Below, in pieces: positions 49,491-63,127 of a stretch of 64,000 bases of DNA. This DNA is from Camelus ferus (Eukaryota): contig NC_045698.1 of assembly GCF_009834535.1 (NCBI RefSeq), forward strand, positions 4,156,001 to 4,220,000, given 5' to 3'. The notes under the pieces are model-generated. The model was given only the letters and a program-made list of their open reading frames with translations, was not told where the DNA came from and ran no database searches. Every line of letters starts with the position of its first letter. Within the stretch, counting starts at the first letter, position 1. The position numbers and the translations under genes are program-made.

Positions 49491-50954
49491 ATGGCAAAAA
49501 GACCACATACAGCGATAATCACCTTAAACGTAAATGGACTAAGTGCTCTAATCAAAGGATACGGAGTGGCCGAATGGATACAAAAGCAAGACCCTTCTAC
49601 ATGCTGCCTACAGGAGACTCACTTCAGAGCCAAGCTACACGCAGACTGAAGGTCAGGGAATGGAAAAAGATACTCCATGCAAATGGAAATCAAAAGAAAG
49701 CCAGAGTAGCAATATTTATATTAGACAAAATAGGCATTAAAATAAAGACTGTTCTAGGAGATTAAGAAGAACACATCAGGAAACAATCCAAGAAGATACA
49801 GCAATTGTAAATATATATGCACCCAACACAGGAGCACCTAAATACATAAAGCAAATATTAATGACATAAAGGGAGAAATTGACTGTACCATGATAGTAGT
49901 AGGGATTTCAACGCCCTACTTACATCAGTGGACAGATCATCCAGACAGAATATCAGTAAAGGAACACTGGCCTTAAATAACACATTAGATCAGATAGACT
50001 TAACAGACACATATGGAATATTCCATCCCAAAGTAGCAGAATATACATTCTTTTCAAGTGTGCATGGAACATTCTCCAGGAGAGGTCACATGCTAAGCTA
50101 CAAAACAAGCCTCAGTAAATTTAATAAAATTGAAATCATATCAAGCATCTTTTCCAACCATAACTATGAGACTAGACATCAACTAAAAGAAAACTGGAAA
50201 AAACACCAACATGTAGAGGCTAAAAAATGTGCTACTAAATAACCAACGGATCACCAGAGAAATCAAACAATACCAGGAGACAAAGGAAAATGAAAACACA
50301 ACAGTCTGAAGTCTATGGGCTACAGCAGAAGTAGCTCGAAGAAGGGAGCTGACCTCAGGAAAGAAGGAAAATCTCGAATAAACAATCTAACCTTACCACT
50401 AAAGGAAATAGAACGGGAAGAACAAACAAAACCCACTTAGTAGAAGGAAAGAAATCAGAAATTTCAGAGATATGAACAGACTGATTACCAGTGATGAAGT
50501 CAAATCAGTAATTTAGAAACTCCCAACAAACAAAGGTCCAGGATGAGACGGCTTCACAGGTAAATTCTACCAAACATTTAGAAAAGAGTTAACACTTGTC
50601 CTTCTCCAACTATTACAAAAAATTTCAGAGAAAGGAACACTTTAAAACTTATTCTGTAAGGCCAGCATCACCCTGATGCCAAAACCAAACTTAGACGTCA
50701 CAGTAAAAGAAAATCATCTATGATGAACACAGATGCAAAAATTCTCAATGAAATTTTAGTAAACCATCCCCAATGATACATTAAAAGGATCGTATACTAT
50801 AATCAAGGAGGAGTTACCTCAGGGATGCAAGAGGGGGTCAAAATCTGAAAATCAATCAATGCGATGCACCACATTAATAAGCTGAAGAATAAATACTATA
50901 TGATCATCTCAAAAGATGCAGAAAAAGCCTTTGACAAATTAAAATTCAACACCC
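49491..50954 (+). pseudogene. Disrupted L1 ORF2p (endonuclease to start of RT)
   Basis: IITLNVNGL, CCLQETH, LHANGNQKKA, DQIDLTD and DAEKAFDK motifs in several frames; internal deletion near 50470. Confidence 0.92.
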
Positions 50955-51849
50955 AGGAGACCATGACAGGATTGTTGAAGAGAAAGGTTCAGCATCATCA
51001 GGAACAAGTGAGTTTTGTTCGCATAGTTGCGCTCCATGCTGAGCACTCATGAATGGCAATCTGCTTCTCTTTCATCAAACCTGGCAACCACTCTGCAACC
51101 AGTAGCAAGAATGGCCGTCCCTGTTTTCCAGCTAAAAGTCACAGAACAAGTAGTCACTTGGTGTGACACAATTCCTCACCCAGCAAATGGGAATCACGGG
51201 GTATGGAGATATATTGTCTGTGCAGACATGATCTGTGGTGGGCTGGTTATTACTGCAATTTAACCCTCAACTTTGTAATGAAAAGGTTACACTGTATAAA
51301 ATGCTTTGGGCTCCTGAGAGACACTAAACTATGTTACAGTGATCTGTGGGCCCAGCAGAAACAGCTGACACAAGGTGACAACTTTCATAAAACTCAGACA
51401 CACAGAGTGAGGAGTGCTGGTTGAACTGCTGAGTAAGAAATTTAGTTATTTAAGAGTTAAGTGCCAAAAAAAAAAAAAAAAAAAAGAGCTCCGTGCCTTC
51501 CCTGTCACACCACTACCCAAAAATGCCAGTTTATCTTTTTTTTTAAATGGACCTAATCATCTTAGGTGATCTGAAACTCTCTCCTTTATCTCTCCTCTTC
51601 CTATTGAGACACCAATAAAATGAGGGTAAAATGATTACCAGAGAGAGAGAATATAACAAAGAGAAAGACAGAAAGACAGAGGAATAAATGCACAATGTCA
51701 AAGAGAACAGAAGGAGACTCTCAACAAATAAGAAATGTCAACACATTCCAGGAAGCTTAAAAAGTGATAATACAGGGGAAAAAATTATGCCTTGAAATTC
51801 ACAGAAATGGGATAGAGCAGAGAATAGGAATAACAGTTTTGAGGACAAT

Positions 51850-52110
51850 GATTGCAGCGACCACAGTGTCAGCTAACATGTGTTGAGTGGGGATCAGGTG
51901 CTAAGCCCAGCAGTAAACCTCTGACGCACATTTTCACGTCCAGTGCTTACAGCAGTCCTGGAAGGTCAGTGCGGTTACTATCTCCATTTGTGGTTGAGGA
52001 GGTGGAGGCACAGAGAGGTCGCATAGCTTGTCCAAGTTCATAGGGCTGGTAAGCACTGGAGCCACAATGGGTACCCAGAAGGTCTGGCTTCCAATCTCAT
52101 GTGGTACTGT
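51850..52110 (-). mobile_element. MIR SINE
   Basis: ctccatttgtggttgaggaggtggaggcacagagaggtcgcatagcttgtccaagttcatagggctggtaag. Confidence 0.85.
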
Positions 52111-52376
52111 ATTTCTTATATCATATATAATGTCCCCCAAAGGGGGATAAACTGCACAGAACCTAAGAGAAGCTCTAGACCCAGAAACGGTGAGGATTGT
52201 GGGTGGGTGTGAAGGGGGAGCCAGAAACAAGTTTGGAAGATGGAGAAATTGAAAGTGTAACCATGAAATATCTGCCTGAGTTGGCCCTCCAACTCCCTGC
52301 CCTCATCCCCACATTTTGGTGAACACAGAGCACTAACACTCCACATGCCTCCAGGAAACGTAGATATGATAGACGC

Positions 52377-52519
52377 ATGGGGGGATGGATGGACAGACAG
52401 ACAGCAAACGGATGGTTGGATGGATGGATGGATGGATGGACGGACGGACAGATGGGTGGGTGGATGGATAGGGTGGATGAATGGATTGATGGACAGATGG
52501 ATATATAGATAGACAGATG
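52377..52519. repeat. (GGAT)n-like compound microsatellite
   Basis: Directly visible. Confidence 0.92.
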
Positions 52520-52899
52520 AATTAAACCTTTTCCTCAAATCCAGTCACACTCATTTACTCTAGAGTAAGCCCTGTCAGTCAACCAGCCTCCCCTACATCC
52601 ACAGAACTCTCCAGAAAGTTTCATATTCAGAGGACAGATTTCCACACACAACTGCAGAGGAAACTGTCACCAACTATCAGGACACATCAACCCATCTGGG
52701 ATCCCTGAAATTACCAGACTGCAAGGATCATGAAACATGAAGCAAGTCATCATCAGAAAGAAAAGGGACAGAGCAGAGAAACTGTCAGTTCAACTGGCCT
52801 CTGGGGGGAGGAGTGGGGATGTGATGTTTCAGAGAAGACCCCTCCAAATAAAACACCTCTGAGTAGGTTCCTCAGAGTGACCTGTGAAATCATCACATC

Positions 52900-53159
52900 C
52901 ACCAAACGCGTTGTCACGACCTGCTCCCCTTCAGGCCAATGTTCCCATGTCACCGTGTCATCGAGGCCTTTCTCGTCTGCAGTCTATGAAATAGCCCCCC
53001 TCCTCACCCTTCCCAGCCAGCCCTGGAGCTCCCCGCCATCTCACCTGTACGTCTGCCCCCACAGAGCTCTGCACCATGGGGCACACCGAGAATCGCCTCA
53101 TTTGTTCACTTCCTGTGGGTCCCCCGCATATGATGTCAGCTTTGTGAGAGCAGGGGACT
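52900..53159 (+). mobile_element. L2 fragment
   Basis: atgtcacc...gaggcctttctc...gatgtcagctttgtgagagcagggga. Confidence 0.55.
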
Positions 53160-53484
53160 TGTGGGGCTGGCAAGTCTGAAATGGTCAGGGCTGTCTGGTA
53201 AGCTGCAGAACCAGGAAAGAGTTGATGCCACAGTTGGAACTTGAAGGCAGTCTGGAAGCAGATTCCCTCTCCCTCAGGGGGCACCAGGCTGTTCTTTTAA
53301 GGCCTTCAGCTGATTAGACCAGGCCCACCCATAGCATGGCAGGCCATCTGCTTCATTTAAAGTCTGTGATTTAAATGCTAATCTCATCAGAAAAAATACC
53401 TTCACAGTGACGTCTAGGCTGGTGTTTATCAGATGCCGGGGTGCCCTGGCCTAGAGAAGTTGATATGTAGAGTTAATATCAACA
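53160..53484 (-). mobile_element. MLT2-type ERVL LTR (partial)
   Basis: ggggctggcaagtctgaaat...aggccttcagctgattagaccaggcccaccca...aaataccttcacag...ggcctagagaagttga. Confidence 0.85.
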
Positions 53485-55513
53485 GTGTGGGAGGATCCCA
53501 GGAAAGGGGCACCGATGAACCGTTGGAAAGAAGTGGAGTGGGATAAAGATCCAAATCAGGAAGGGCTGTTGGTGTCTTACAAGGCAGAGACTGATAGGGA
53601 TGCTCACAAGAGCAGTTTCTGGAAGCTCTCAAGTTCTACCACAAACAGAGACAGAATCTAAACCCAAACGACAGTCTGCTGACTCTCCCTATGAAACACA
53701 TGTCACCTGTCCCTTCCTCTCCCCACTTTGCCGCCACTACCTTCCGAACCCCTGACCTCTCCCTGCACTGGACGACCTCAGCATCCCCTGAGCTCCAGGC
53801 TCCCTGGGTCTCAGTCCCCGTTCCCTCCACCTGACCGCCTATTGCCAGAAGGAAACCAACCCCCGTCTCCTCCACAGCCTCATCCCTCCCTCTCCAGAGA
53901 GTCACTTTTGCCGCTTGCTTCATGGCGCCCCCCAGGCTGAAATGCCTCCCCCCTGCCTACCCTCCCAGGCCCATGGGCGCCTGCATCCCACACAGGCCGC
54001 GTCACAGCACTAAGCATCTCCCCACGTGATGCAGCCTGTTGTCACCCGTGGCCGCACGCGTGTTAGCTCGCCTCCTCCATGCTAATGAGGACGGGTCTTC
54101 CCTAGTGCCGTGCGCATGTCAGTCACCCGACTAAGGCCTGTGACCTGTCAGAGCGAAAGCAGCAGAGAAGATTAAATATTCTATTTTTATCTTGGTCTTG
54201 GTGTCTTTTAGAACCCATGTTTATGCTTTTAAGTTTAATTGTGTCAATGTATTAGAGGAACATATATTTTCTATTTTAATTGCAAGTTTCACCTCTAATT
54301 CTTGCAATTTTTATACCCATATTTAGATGTTACTAAATAACTAAATCCCCTAAAGTGATACAATGTATTTAAGTATTTTTAGATGGTAAGAGAACCTACA
54401 GTGCCCAAGGGGGCAAAAGAGCAAGGAAGAACACAGGCAGCCCAGTTCAGAGCATGCTGGCTGGGTCTGGCCATCAGCCTGCAAGTCTGTGAGTCACAGA
54501 CTGAATCTGAAGATGTCAAATGTCAGCCTCCTAACTCCCCCGCATTAGTGCTAGCTGAAGGGCTCTCAGGGGTCCCCGGTTGTGCATCCTGCCTCCAGGA
54601 TGTCGGCAGCGATCGGTTCCTCCTAGCGTCTCCAGTGAGCAGCTCTGGGAGAGGGTGAGAGGAAGTCCTGATAATTCTCACTGTTGCCTCCAGTGCTTTT
54701 AATCAGCGCTAAGAAGGCTGCTGCCAAACTGGCACTAATTACACAGCCCTCAGAAGCACGGCTGGGTTTACTGCAGCCCTGCTGCCGACGAGGCTGTGAA
54801 CAAGAGTGTTTCTGCTTTCTGTGCAGAGACTATACCTGTCTTTGTGGTTGAACAAAGCGGGGGGTACGAGGGGCCCCACAGGCAGAGGAGCTATTGGGGG
54901 GGACTCTTTTGGAGCTGGGGGAAGCTGGTGGGGGAGGTGGGGCAGCCTCAAGGCGTCAGACCCAGCCTAGCACCCACGGCGGGGTCTTCCTAGGGGCTCA
55001 GCTCCATCCCACCTAGTTTCCCAGCCCCACAAGCTGCTGGAGCTTTTTTTCTGCCATGAAACTTACGTTGCAGAGACTAGATCCCTGATTCCCATGTCGG
55101 TGGCCCCTGCACCTGCTGGCTTGGCCAGATGGAGGTACCATCTCCCTCTTTAGAACTCGCGATTGTCCCCTTCTTGCTCAAATACAGCCCGTCAAAGTCC
55201 CTAGACTTAATTTAATGCTGTTCCATGGCCCCAGCAGCAGGGGGTGCCGAACGGGAAGACAGGTCAGCTAACCTGACTTGAACTTGTGTGACTTTTCACT
55301 CAGCAACACTAAACGGAGGACTGAAAGGAGGCGTCTTCTTATTTACTTCCCACTGCACTCTCAGCCCCCATTGGTTCTATTTATAATCTACCCATTAGTT
55401 CTCTTAGGGACGGAGTCTGATCGCAACTGCTTATTGAGACAAAAGACAAAATGCTCACCGGGGTGGTCAGTGTCCTCTAACAAGAGACCCCAACACCACA
55501 TCCAGTTCCAGCA

Positions 55514-55801
55514 TGCTATGGGCTAAATGATGCCCCCAAATCTGTCTGTTGAAGCCCTCACCCCAGTGCCCCAGAATGTGACTGTATTCGGAGATGTGGC
55601 CTTTGAAGAGGAAAAGTCAGTCAAAATGAGGTCACTGGGGTGGGCACCAATCCAGCGTTGCCAGTATCCTTATATGACAAGGAAATGAGGACACAGAGAA
55701 ACACCAGGGCAGAAGCACACACAGAGAAGCCCCTGCGAGGAGTCAGCAGGGGGACAGCTGTCCACAAGCCAAAGACAGAAGCCTCAGGAGAAACCAACGC
55801 T
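55514..55801 (+). mobile_element. MaLR LTR (MLT1B-like), 3'-truncated
   Basis: tgctatgggctaaatg...cagaatgtgactgtattcggagat...aaaatgaggtca...gaagcctcaggagaaaccaac. Confidence 0.88.
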
Positions 55802-58800
55802 AAATTGGATTGAATTTAGTTGTTTTAGAAGAAATGCTGTTGTGAATTTCAGAATAATAAACTGTAACTGTGTTGCTTGCACGTACACACCCTGGCTACC
55901 AGAAGCCCCACCTCGTATGTCCCACGCGGTGGCATCCAGTGAAGGACTGAGGCATCACTATTTATATACAAGTGGTGGCCCTAAAACACTTGGAAATCTG
56001 TGAATAGGCATCCCATCCATTCGGTCTGCAGCCTGATGCACGATGCAAAGGTGACTCTCAGCCCCTAGACGCGCGACCGCAGGCGTGGACTTGGTGAGGG
56101 TGGGGCCGCATCCACAGGGATGCAGTTTACTCCACGTACCTCTTCCACTTGCTACTCCGTCAGTCAGGAGCAGGCTTCCTTTCCAACTGCCCACACTGCA
56201 GAGAACCGGGCACGTTAATGAGTTCCTGTCTGAAAAATGTCTTGGAGCTCCTCATGAAAGGTGGGGAATAAATCCACGGTGTTCTTCACATTTCGAATTG
56301 TTAGAGGAAAGATGGATTCAAGAAACAAACTCTCCTTCCTGCCCTAAAATCTGGAGTGGTTTCCCTGAAGCTGTCATGGCAGGGAGAGCACGGGGGAGGT
56401 GGGGTGAGGGAGGTGAGCTGGGGCAATCCCCGCGGACTTGGGGAATGAAACCGCAGGCTGCTTCCCCGGCGTCTGGCCAGATGCCAATCTGCTAAAAGCA
56501 AAGAGTAAAGATTCATTCCTCTGCTTGCATTATATCCACACATAAAATTTGGCCCTGTAACTACAGAACAGTGCCAAAGTCTGTTTGGCTCATTTAAATT
56601 TTTGTATTTATTTTAATTAAGCACTAGCAGAATGTCATTTGCACTGGCATATTGACTACCTTTGTAATTAACAGCCCCAAACCAGGGAGATGGGCTTCTT
56701 CCACATTCCCTTAATTAACTGAAATATTTCAAGGACAGAATCAGAATCAGTGATAATTTCTTTATGGATGCAGAATGTGGGGCTGGGGACTATGCCCTTC
56801 ATTGGCAAAACCTGTAATTTTTAAAATTCAAGGATTTATCCAGAATGTATTTCTGTTTTTATAGTCATTATTGGCAGTAAGAAAGCTTAGCATTAGATAT
56901 TTCAAGTAAAAAAAAAAAATCCTCATTCAATGCGGAAAAAAAGGTAGAAATTCTAATTTGCTTGAATAGGGTAAATGGCCTAATGATTTAAACTGTTATA
57001 AGTCACGTGGGTCACACTGGCCGCCTGAGACCCGAAATGCTGGTCCTGGGTCTATTCTCAAGGCTCCCTACAATTAGACGAGGGCCCCACCTCTTTTCCT
57101 TTGCCGTTGTGCCTTCTCCCCTAACACCTCCCAAACCCTCCCAACCTTTAACGTATTTAAAGGAGTTTGTATTTCCTGTCGGTCCTTTGAGCTGGCAATC
57201 ACCCCCTGTGTACATGAGCTGCCATTGTCATTAGTCCCAGGGGCAGCTGTGGAGCGCCCCTGCTTCTTCCCGCTCTTTTGGGGACATGAGTGCATCTCTT
57301 GCATGACTGGCGGGTACAAGCCATAAGTTTGCACTGGTGCTCTGAGCCTCAGGGGAGCAGGACCTTGTCTCCACACACAGCCCCAGTCCGACGCTGCTGT
57401 GTCTCCATTTAGTCCTGAAGGACAGTAGTTAGGACCTCATTGAACACCATCAGCTGAACACAAAGAAATCAGCCCGTTCACCCACCAAGTGCGTTCCCCC
57501 CGCTAGAGCAGCGGAAGGGCACGTGGCTACGCTCACTCTAAGGGGGCCCGTCGCAAGCTCTCGGGGGAGGCGGTGTTTTGATTCACGTTCTCCGTGCCAC
57601 ATATAAACTCTTGCGATTCAGCAAAATTTCTCCTTTCGTTTGCCGAGTTGAACAGCCTCGTCTTTTTCTCCCTCTTAAGCACCTCAACTCTGAACTGAAT
57701 CTTCACAGATGCAAACTGCCAAGTGAAATCCCTTCAATATTAAACTCCTCAACCATCGTCAGGAAGGGGATCCATTTGCGGTGCTAAGGAACTGAGATTC
57801 ATTTTAAATGGAATAGTCTCATGAATATGCTATCCAGTCCCAAACAATTCAATAAAAGTAGCAGATCTTGACTTCGTGTGGCCCGTTTCCCCCAGTCAAG
57901 ACGGACGGCACTCAGTGGGGGAGGTGAGAACACGGCCACCCTGAAGTACAGCCTTCAGTCCAGCTGAAACAGGCTGCACGTGGCACTGATTTGTCCGTTT
58001 GGGGCTTTGTATTTAGGAAATTTTTTTCTGTTTAGGAAGCACTTCCCTGGGGCTTCTCCATCTTCCATCTAATCCCAATTAACGAAGCTCTGGGAACAAC
58101 CCTTGTCTGCCGGGGTCAGGTCAAAGGTGAAGATCTCAGCACTGCTGTCTCCCACCTCCCCCAGGCATGGGACCGGGTCTCAGCTCAGCGAGGCAGCCAG
58201 AGCAGGGCCCCCTCTGGACCAGCTCCAAGGGCCCGTGGCCCACCGCCTCCCTGGGCCTCCTCCCAGCAGGTCTGCAGCCTGCCCCCCCTTTGGGGGAGGA
58301 GGCAATAGTGCACCTGCATCAGCGGGACTCAGAGCCAGTGGGGGTCAGTGTGACTGGCGGGGCAGAACCACAGGCAGGAAAGCAAGACTGGGCTGGCTCT
58401 AAAGAAAGAGCAAGGGCGGCCCTAAACCCAACACACATTTTAGGCATCTCCTTGCAGTGATGAAGCTGACACTCGGGGGCTGGGTGGGGCTGAAGCTGGA
58501 AGCAGACCGTCTGGGAACATCCCCATAGGAACGGTCCTTCACTATATCCCAAGATGTGGGGTTGGTCCCTCTTAAGCAGAAATGCATTCAGGATGAATGA
58601 ATGAGTGGATAAGTGAGTACCTCTGGGCTGGACAGATGCTCTGACAGCCTCTTTGTAGCTCATTTCCTCACTGAGGTTTCAAGAAGGTCTCGGCTTGTGG
58701 ACAAGCAGAAGCTGCTCGTCCCTGCTGGGAAATCTCCTGCACCTGGCCAACTCCCAGATGCACACTTTGCTGTGGGACTTCCCTTCTGTCCACGCCACCC

Positions 58801-61739
58801 GGCCTCCCCAGGGAGGACCACTCCCCCCTGGTCTCAGCCGGAGAATATCCTGTCTCCTTACTTCCCATTCCCTGGGCTGGCAGGAACCCCCCGGTGATGA
58901 CCCCAACTCCAAGAAAGAAGGCAGTATTTACAGAAAAGTCACCAGAGTCCCATTGGTGGTAATTTGACAGCAGATCAATTTATGTTTCATTTTGGGAAAA
59001 GAAGAGAAAACCAACTGAAGAGGGCTGTGTTGAAGGGGGTGCTCTGTGGTACCACCTGTGTGTTTGCTTGTCAGACTCTTCCTTTCAAACAGTGTGTAAA
59101 TGTGTAAGGTGATCGTGTGACTCAGAGACAGAAGGGGAGAGACAGAAACAGAGACAGAGTGAGAAAGAGACTATTGTAAATACATAGCAGGATTCCTGGG
59201 ATGTTCACAGCCTTTCGCTCCTTCTTACTCCAGAGATGGTGCAAGTCCAAAGCCTGCCATCTATGAGGGCAGAAGAATGGAAGGTATGGGTCCAAAACCC
59301 CACCTGCTTTGAAGACAGAAAGACAGAGGGTGCATGGGCCCAACATGCCCCCACTGAGATGGCAGGACTGTCCTCTCTTCGTGGCAGGAATCCTTGTGTC
59401 CTCAGCCCACCCTGCTCCAGAGACTGCTGGCTGCCTTCTTCTCAGACATCCACAAACCAGAAATGTGAGCCTGCCTCCTCCCACACACGTCACTCTGGGT
59501 GGCTTCTGACAAAGCCAGCCTGCCTGATACGCACTTCTCTCTCTTCTCTGGAGGCCAGGAGGGTGGCCTTTGTGTGAAGGACAGGCCACCTTGGCACAGC
59601 CCAGGAGCTTTGCCTCACTGGGAACTGGACCCACTGTGGCAGATAAGGGATGGAGATCAGTGGCTTTCCCTGAGCAGGGAGGGTGTGCCGGGCACCGGTG
59701 GGCCTGGCAGACACAAGAGCTTGTGCAGTACCCCACGTCCTGCACCCAGGCCTGGAGGGCAACCAGGCCCGCACCTCCACCGCGCGTCACATCCTCATCT
59801 GGGGTCCCCCTCAGCACCCCAGCAGGGGCAAACATAACCCAGCCACAAGAAGGGGCAACCTCGCGGCCGCTGGGTGGGTCCCAGACACTTGTTTGGCTTT
59901 GTGTGGGCAAGGTGGCCTTTGGAATCAGAAGTGGGCACACTAACTTTCCCCTTAAAAATTATAATCATTCACACTCCACATCCCATCCAAGCTTTTACTC
60001 TGTAGTCTTACATTTTACAAGATGAGACTTAGTGAGAAGGACCAAATGTCTCTCCTTCCAAGGGGCAGTGCTCGCTGTGGCCTTCTGGGGCTGCAGGGGA
60101 CCCCAGAAAGTGCCGGCTCTCAGGGGCACTCGAGACCGAGGTGAGCTGCCTTTGTTTTGCTGTCCCTGGTCCTCCGTCCCTGGTGCCCCACAGGAGGGGC
60201 CGGAAAGCACTTTGACCTTGGACTGCAGGTACCAGGACCACTCGCAAGGCTGCTGTGCGAGGATGCTGGGATGTAACTGGCCCACCTGTGAGAAGCCAAG
60301 CACCATGCCTCTTGCCTCCGTGCTCACAGGCCTGGAGTGCGGGCTGATGGGCTGCTCGTCCACTTGTCCAGCTCGAGGAGATGCCCAGGTCACGGGCAGC
60401 TTCCTGGCTCCTGGCGAGAGGCTTCCGTCTGTGAGGCTGAGCTGCTGAGGTCTCTGCGGGGGGGCAAGTGCGATTTCAACTCGTACTTTCTGCTCTTCAG
60501 AACAGTCACAAGTTAGAGGAAATATCTCCATACTCTTCCTGGTTTTACAGTTCTTTATTTTTGTCATTATTCTACTTCAATTTTGTGACAAATATTAGGA
60601 TGACATCTCCTACTAATCATGCTTTTTACACAAGCACATCTCTGCGATTCTATCCAAGAGCCACCTGCCAGGTGTGCAGGTCTGGCTGTTGCGCCAGCAG
60701 CCACTCCACATAGCAGCATTTTCTTACCCAGAGTTTGCTTCAGTAAGAATATTGACAAAGAAAGTGAGGCCTCTTTTATTTCATCTCTTTTGCATCAAAA
60801 CATTTTATGGAAACGTATGGCTCGGCTCTAAGCAATGGGGGCTACCAACTTAAGTTCCAGAGCCCAGACCTGAGCTTCCTTAAGCAGAGGGTCTCCTCAG
60901 ATCCCGCAGTCAGCCTGCGTGACTGCAGTTCCAGCAGACACAGGGGCAGCTTACAGAATCTTCTCCCCGGGATTCTCGGCAGCTGAGACAGAACCACGGA
61001 CTGATGAGGGTCCTTCACACCTTGCGCGGGTGGTTTGTTCTGTGCCTAAGAAGACACATGTCCAACATGCAGATGCAGATCTCAGAGACGGGGGAGACCC
61101 CACAGTTGGCCTAAAGCTGTCCCTGGGAGAGGTCGGGGAGGTCCGCTGGAGTAAACAGAGACTCTGGGGTGATCCTCAAATCCTCACAACTCAAGGGAGA
61201 AGCTGGGTCTGGATTGGGGTTGTCTTGGAACCAATCTGGGCCCTTTGGGTCAACTCTGGGCCACATTGGACTCCAAACCCATTGAGAGCAGGAGGGAGGA
61301 GTGTTTGCTATATAATAATTCCACACTGGCCAAACAAGCAAAGAAAACTTGAACACAGGTAAAGCCCAGTTATTCTTCCTCTGCACCTCAGAAAGCTTCC
61401 CCAGGTTCCCCCCACATTCCTCTCCCACTGCCTGCAATGGGACATCAGGAGGCCAATGCTGGGAGCAGGCGCAAGAGCAAAACCTTACATCAAGGGGGCT
61501 CTGCTGAGATCTAAACTCTGGGAGAGTGTGATCAATGTGCTGGGAGACGGGCTGTGTCTGGAATCACTGATTCCTGCAGCACGGCCAAGGCTGATGGCTT
61601 TTCTCCCTCCCAAGTCTACATTACGACCTGAACTTTGGCTTGGTTTGGGTTTTGGGTTTGGCTTTATATTGTTTTGCATTTTGAGTTAAGCTGTACTTGC
61701 AAACATAGTAGCTGCTCTTCCCTTGCCTGTGTCTATGGT

Positions 61740-62030
61740 TTTTTCCCTTCTTCCACCAAGAGGTGAGATGCATTTCCCTAATCGTTGCATGTGGACTGCC
61801 CTCGTGATGTGAATGTGGCAGAGGGTGGTGTGCCAGCCCCAAGCCGACACCCATCCCCCGGGTCCCTGTACAGACACCCCGTGAACAAGGCTGCCCTCAC
61901 TACTCGCCTGGCAAGGATGAGAGGTCGTGTGGAAGAGCTTGGGCAGGAGAGGCCTTCTGACCCTGCCTAGTCTCTGGCTGATCCACGTGAGTGAGCCCAG
62001 CCAAGATCGGCCAAGCCTGGCTCAGGCTAG
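61740..62030 (+). mobile_element. Old MaLR LTR fragment (MLT1H-like, tentative)
   Basis: ggatgagaggtcgtgtggaagag...gtgagtgagcccagccaagatcggccaagcc. Confidence 0.5.
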
Positions 62031-62124
62031 AGGAACAGCTCAGAGGCAAAATCATTTGACTGAGGCCACCCGACTAGTAGGTGACAAGGCCAAGCATTGG
62101 AACTCAAGTTATTCTGATTCCATG

Positions 62125-62933
62125 GTAAATGATTCTGCACCCAATTCCAACGTCAGGGGTGGAGTGGGGGGGGGGGGTCCCCACACCAACAAGCAGTTTT
62201 CAGACACCGGCTAGGTCTCCTACTATTCAACTTAATCCTGAATTAGCATCATAACCTGGAGACAGCATCAGGCCCCACAGATTGAGAGCTCAGTCCCACA
62301 AGACTTCCCTGCTGCACCTTGAACTCCAGTCCCAAACCCGAGTCACCTGAGCTTTCGACTGACCTGCTAAAACCTGGAAGACCAAGGACCCCTTCCTCGG
62401 GTTTCATTTGTTTGCTAGAGTGGCCCACAGAACTCAGAGAAACATTGTACTTTCTAGATCACTGGTTTATTATAAAAAGATATAACTCAGGAACAGCCAA
62501 ATGAAAAAGACTCATAGGCCAAGGTATGGGGAAAGGACCCGGAGTTTCCATGTCTTCTCCTAACAGGCTGCTCTCCTCAGATCCCCCGTGTTCGCCAACT
62601 GCAAAGCTCCCCAACCTCTATCCTTTGGGCTTCTTATGGAGGCTTCATTATACAGGCATGTTGCACTAAACCATTGGCCATTGGTGACTTGACTCGGCCT
62701 CTAGCCCTCCTCCCCTCCCTGGAGGTCAGGAGGATGGGACTAAAAGTTCCGACTCTCCAGTCACATGGTTGGGCCCCCTGGCAACCAGCCCCCATCCTTA
62801 GGTGCCTTCCGTGTCACCTCACTAATGTAACAAAAGACGTCTTCACTTGTGAAATTCCAAAGGTTTTAAGAGCTCTGTGCCAGAACCCATGGTGAAGAGC
62901 ATATAAATGTTGACTATAAGTCACGGTGTCACA
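62125..62933 (-). mobile_element. MER21-like solo LTR inserted in a MIR
   Basis: ccccacaccaacaagcag...ctcagtcccacaagact...gctagagtggcccacagaactcag...gaaattccaaaggttttaagagctctgtgccag...tgtcaca; CATG on both flanks (62121-62124, 62934-62937). Confidence 0.85.
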
Positions 62934-63127
62934 CATGACCTGTATTCTTTCCAGTTACTTCAAATTATAGACCCTGGACCTCAATTCTACAAGCTGTCTG
63001 GGGTCTGGAGCTTGTACTAAATTTCTGTATTCCAAAGACAGTTATTTTTGTGAAACATCAGTTTCCAGAAATTGAAGTAAGGATATCTCCCTAGGAAACC
63101 CTTATTTCTGAATAGTTCTCTTCAGAT

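Larger units (their letters stand above)
46255..50954 (+). mobile_element. Older L1 retaining 5'UTR, ORF1 and 5' ORF2; internally deleted and 3'-truncated
   Basis: 5' end caacatggtggagtaggaagacgctgagctcacctcc; GC-rich UTR to about 47860; ORF1 from about 47898; ORF2 from ATG 49491; ends after [13 protein letters not shown]. Confidence 0.93.

Noticed and set aside
27372..50954. The minus-strand L1 begins, and the plus-strand L1 ends, in the same short ORF2 segment ([12 protein letters not shown]), suggesting one element split by an inversion
   Set aside because: The minus copy has its own TSD on both sides and is visibly less decayed than the plus copy. Independent insertions with coincident breakpoints are more parsimonious.
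34695..60567. Long ORFs (229 aa at 34695, 266 aa at 37827, 243 aa at 41913, 272 aa at 59122, 190 aa at 59995)
   Set aside because: No recognisable domains and Pro/Ser/Gly/Arg-rich composition expected in GC-rich DNA. The 34695 and 37827 ORFs also run into repeats.
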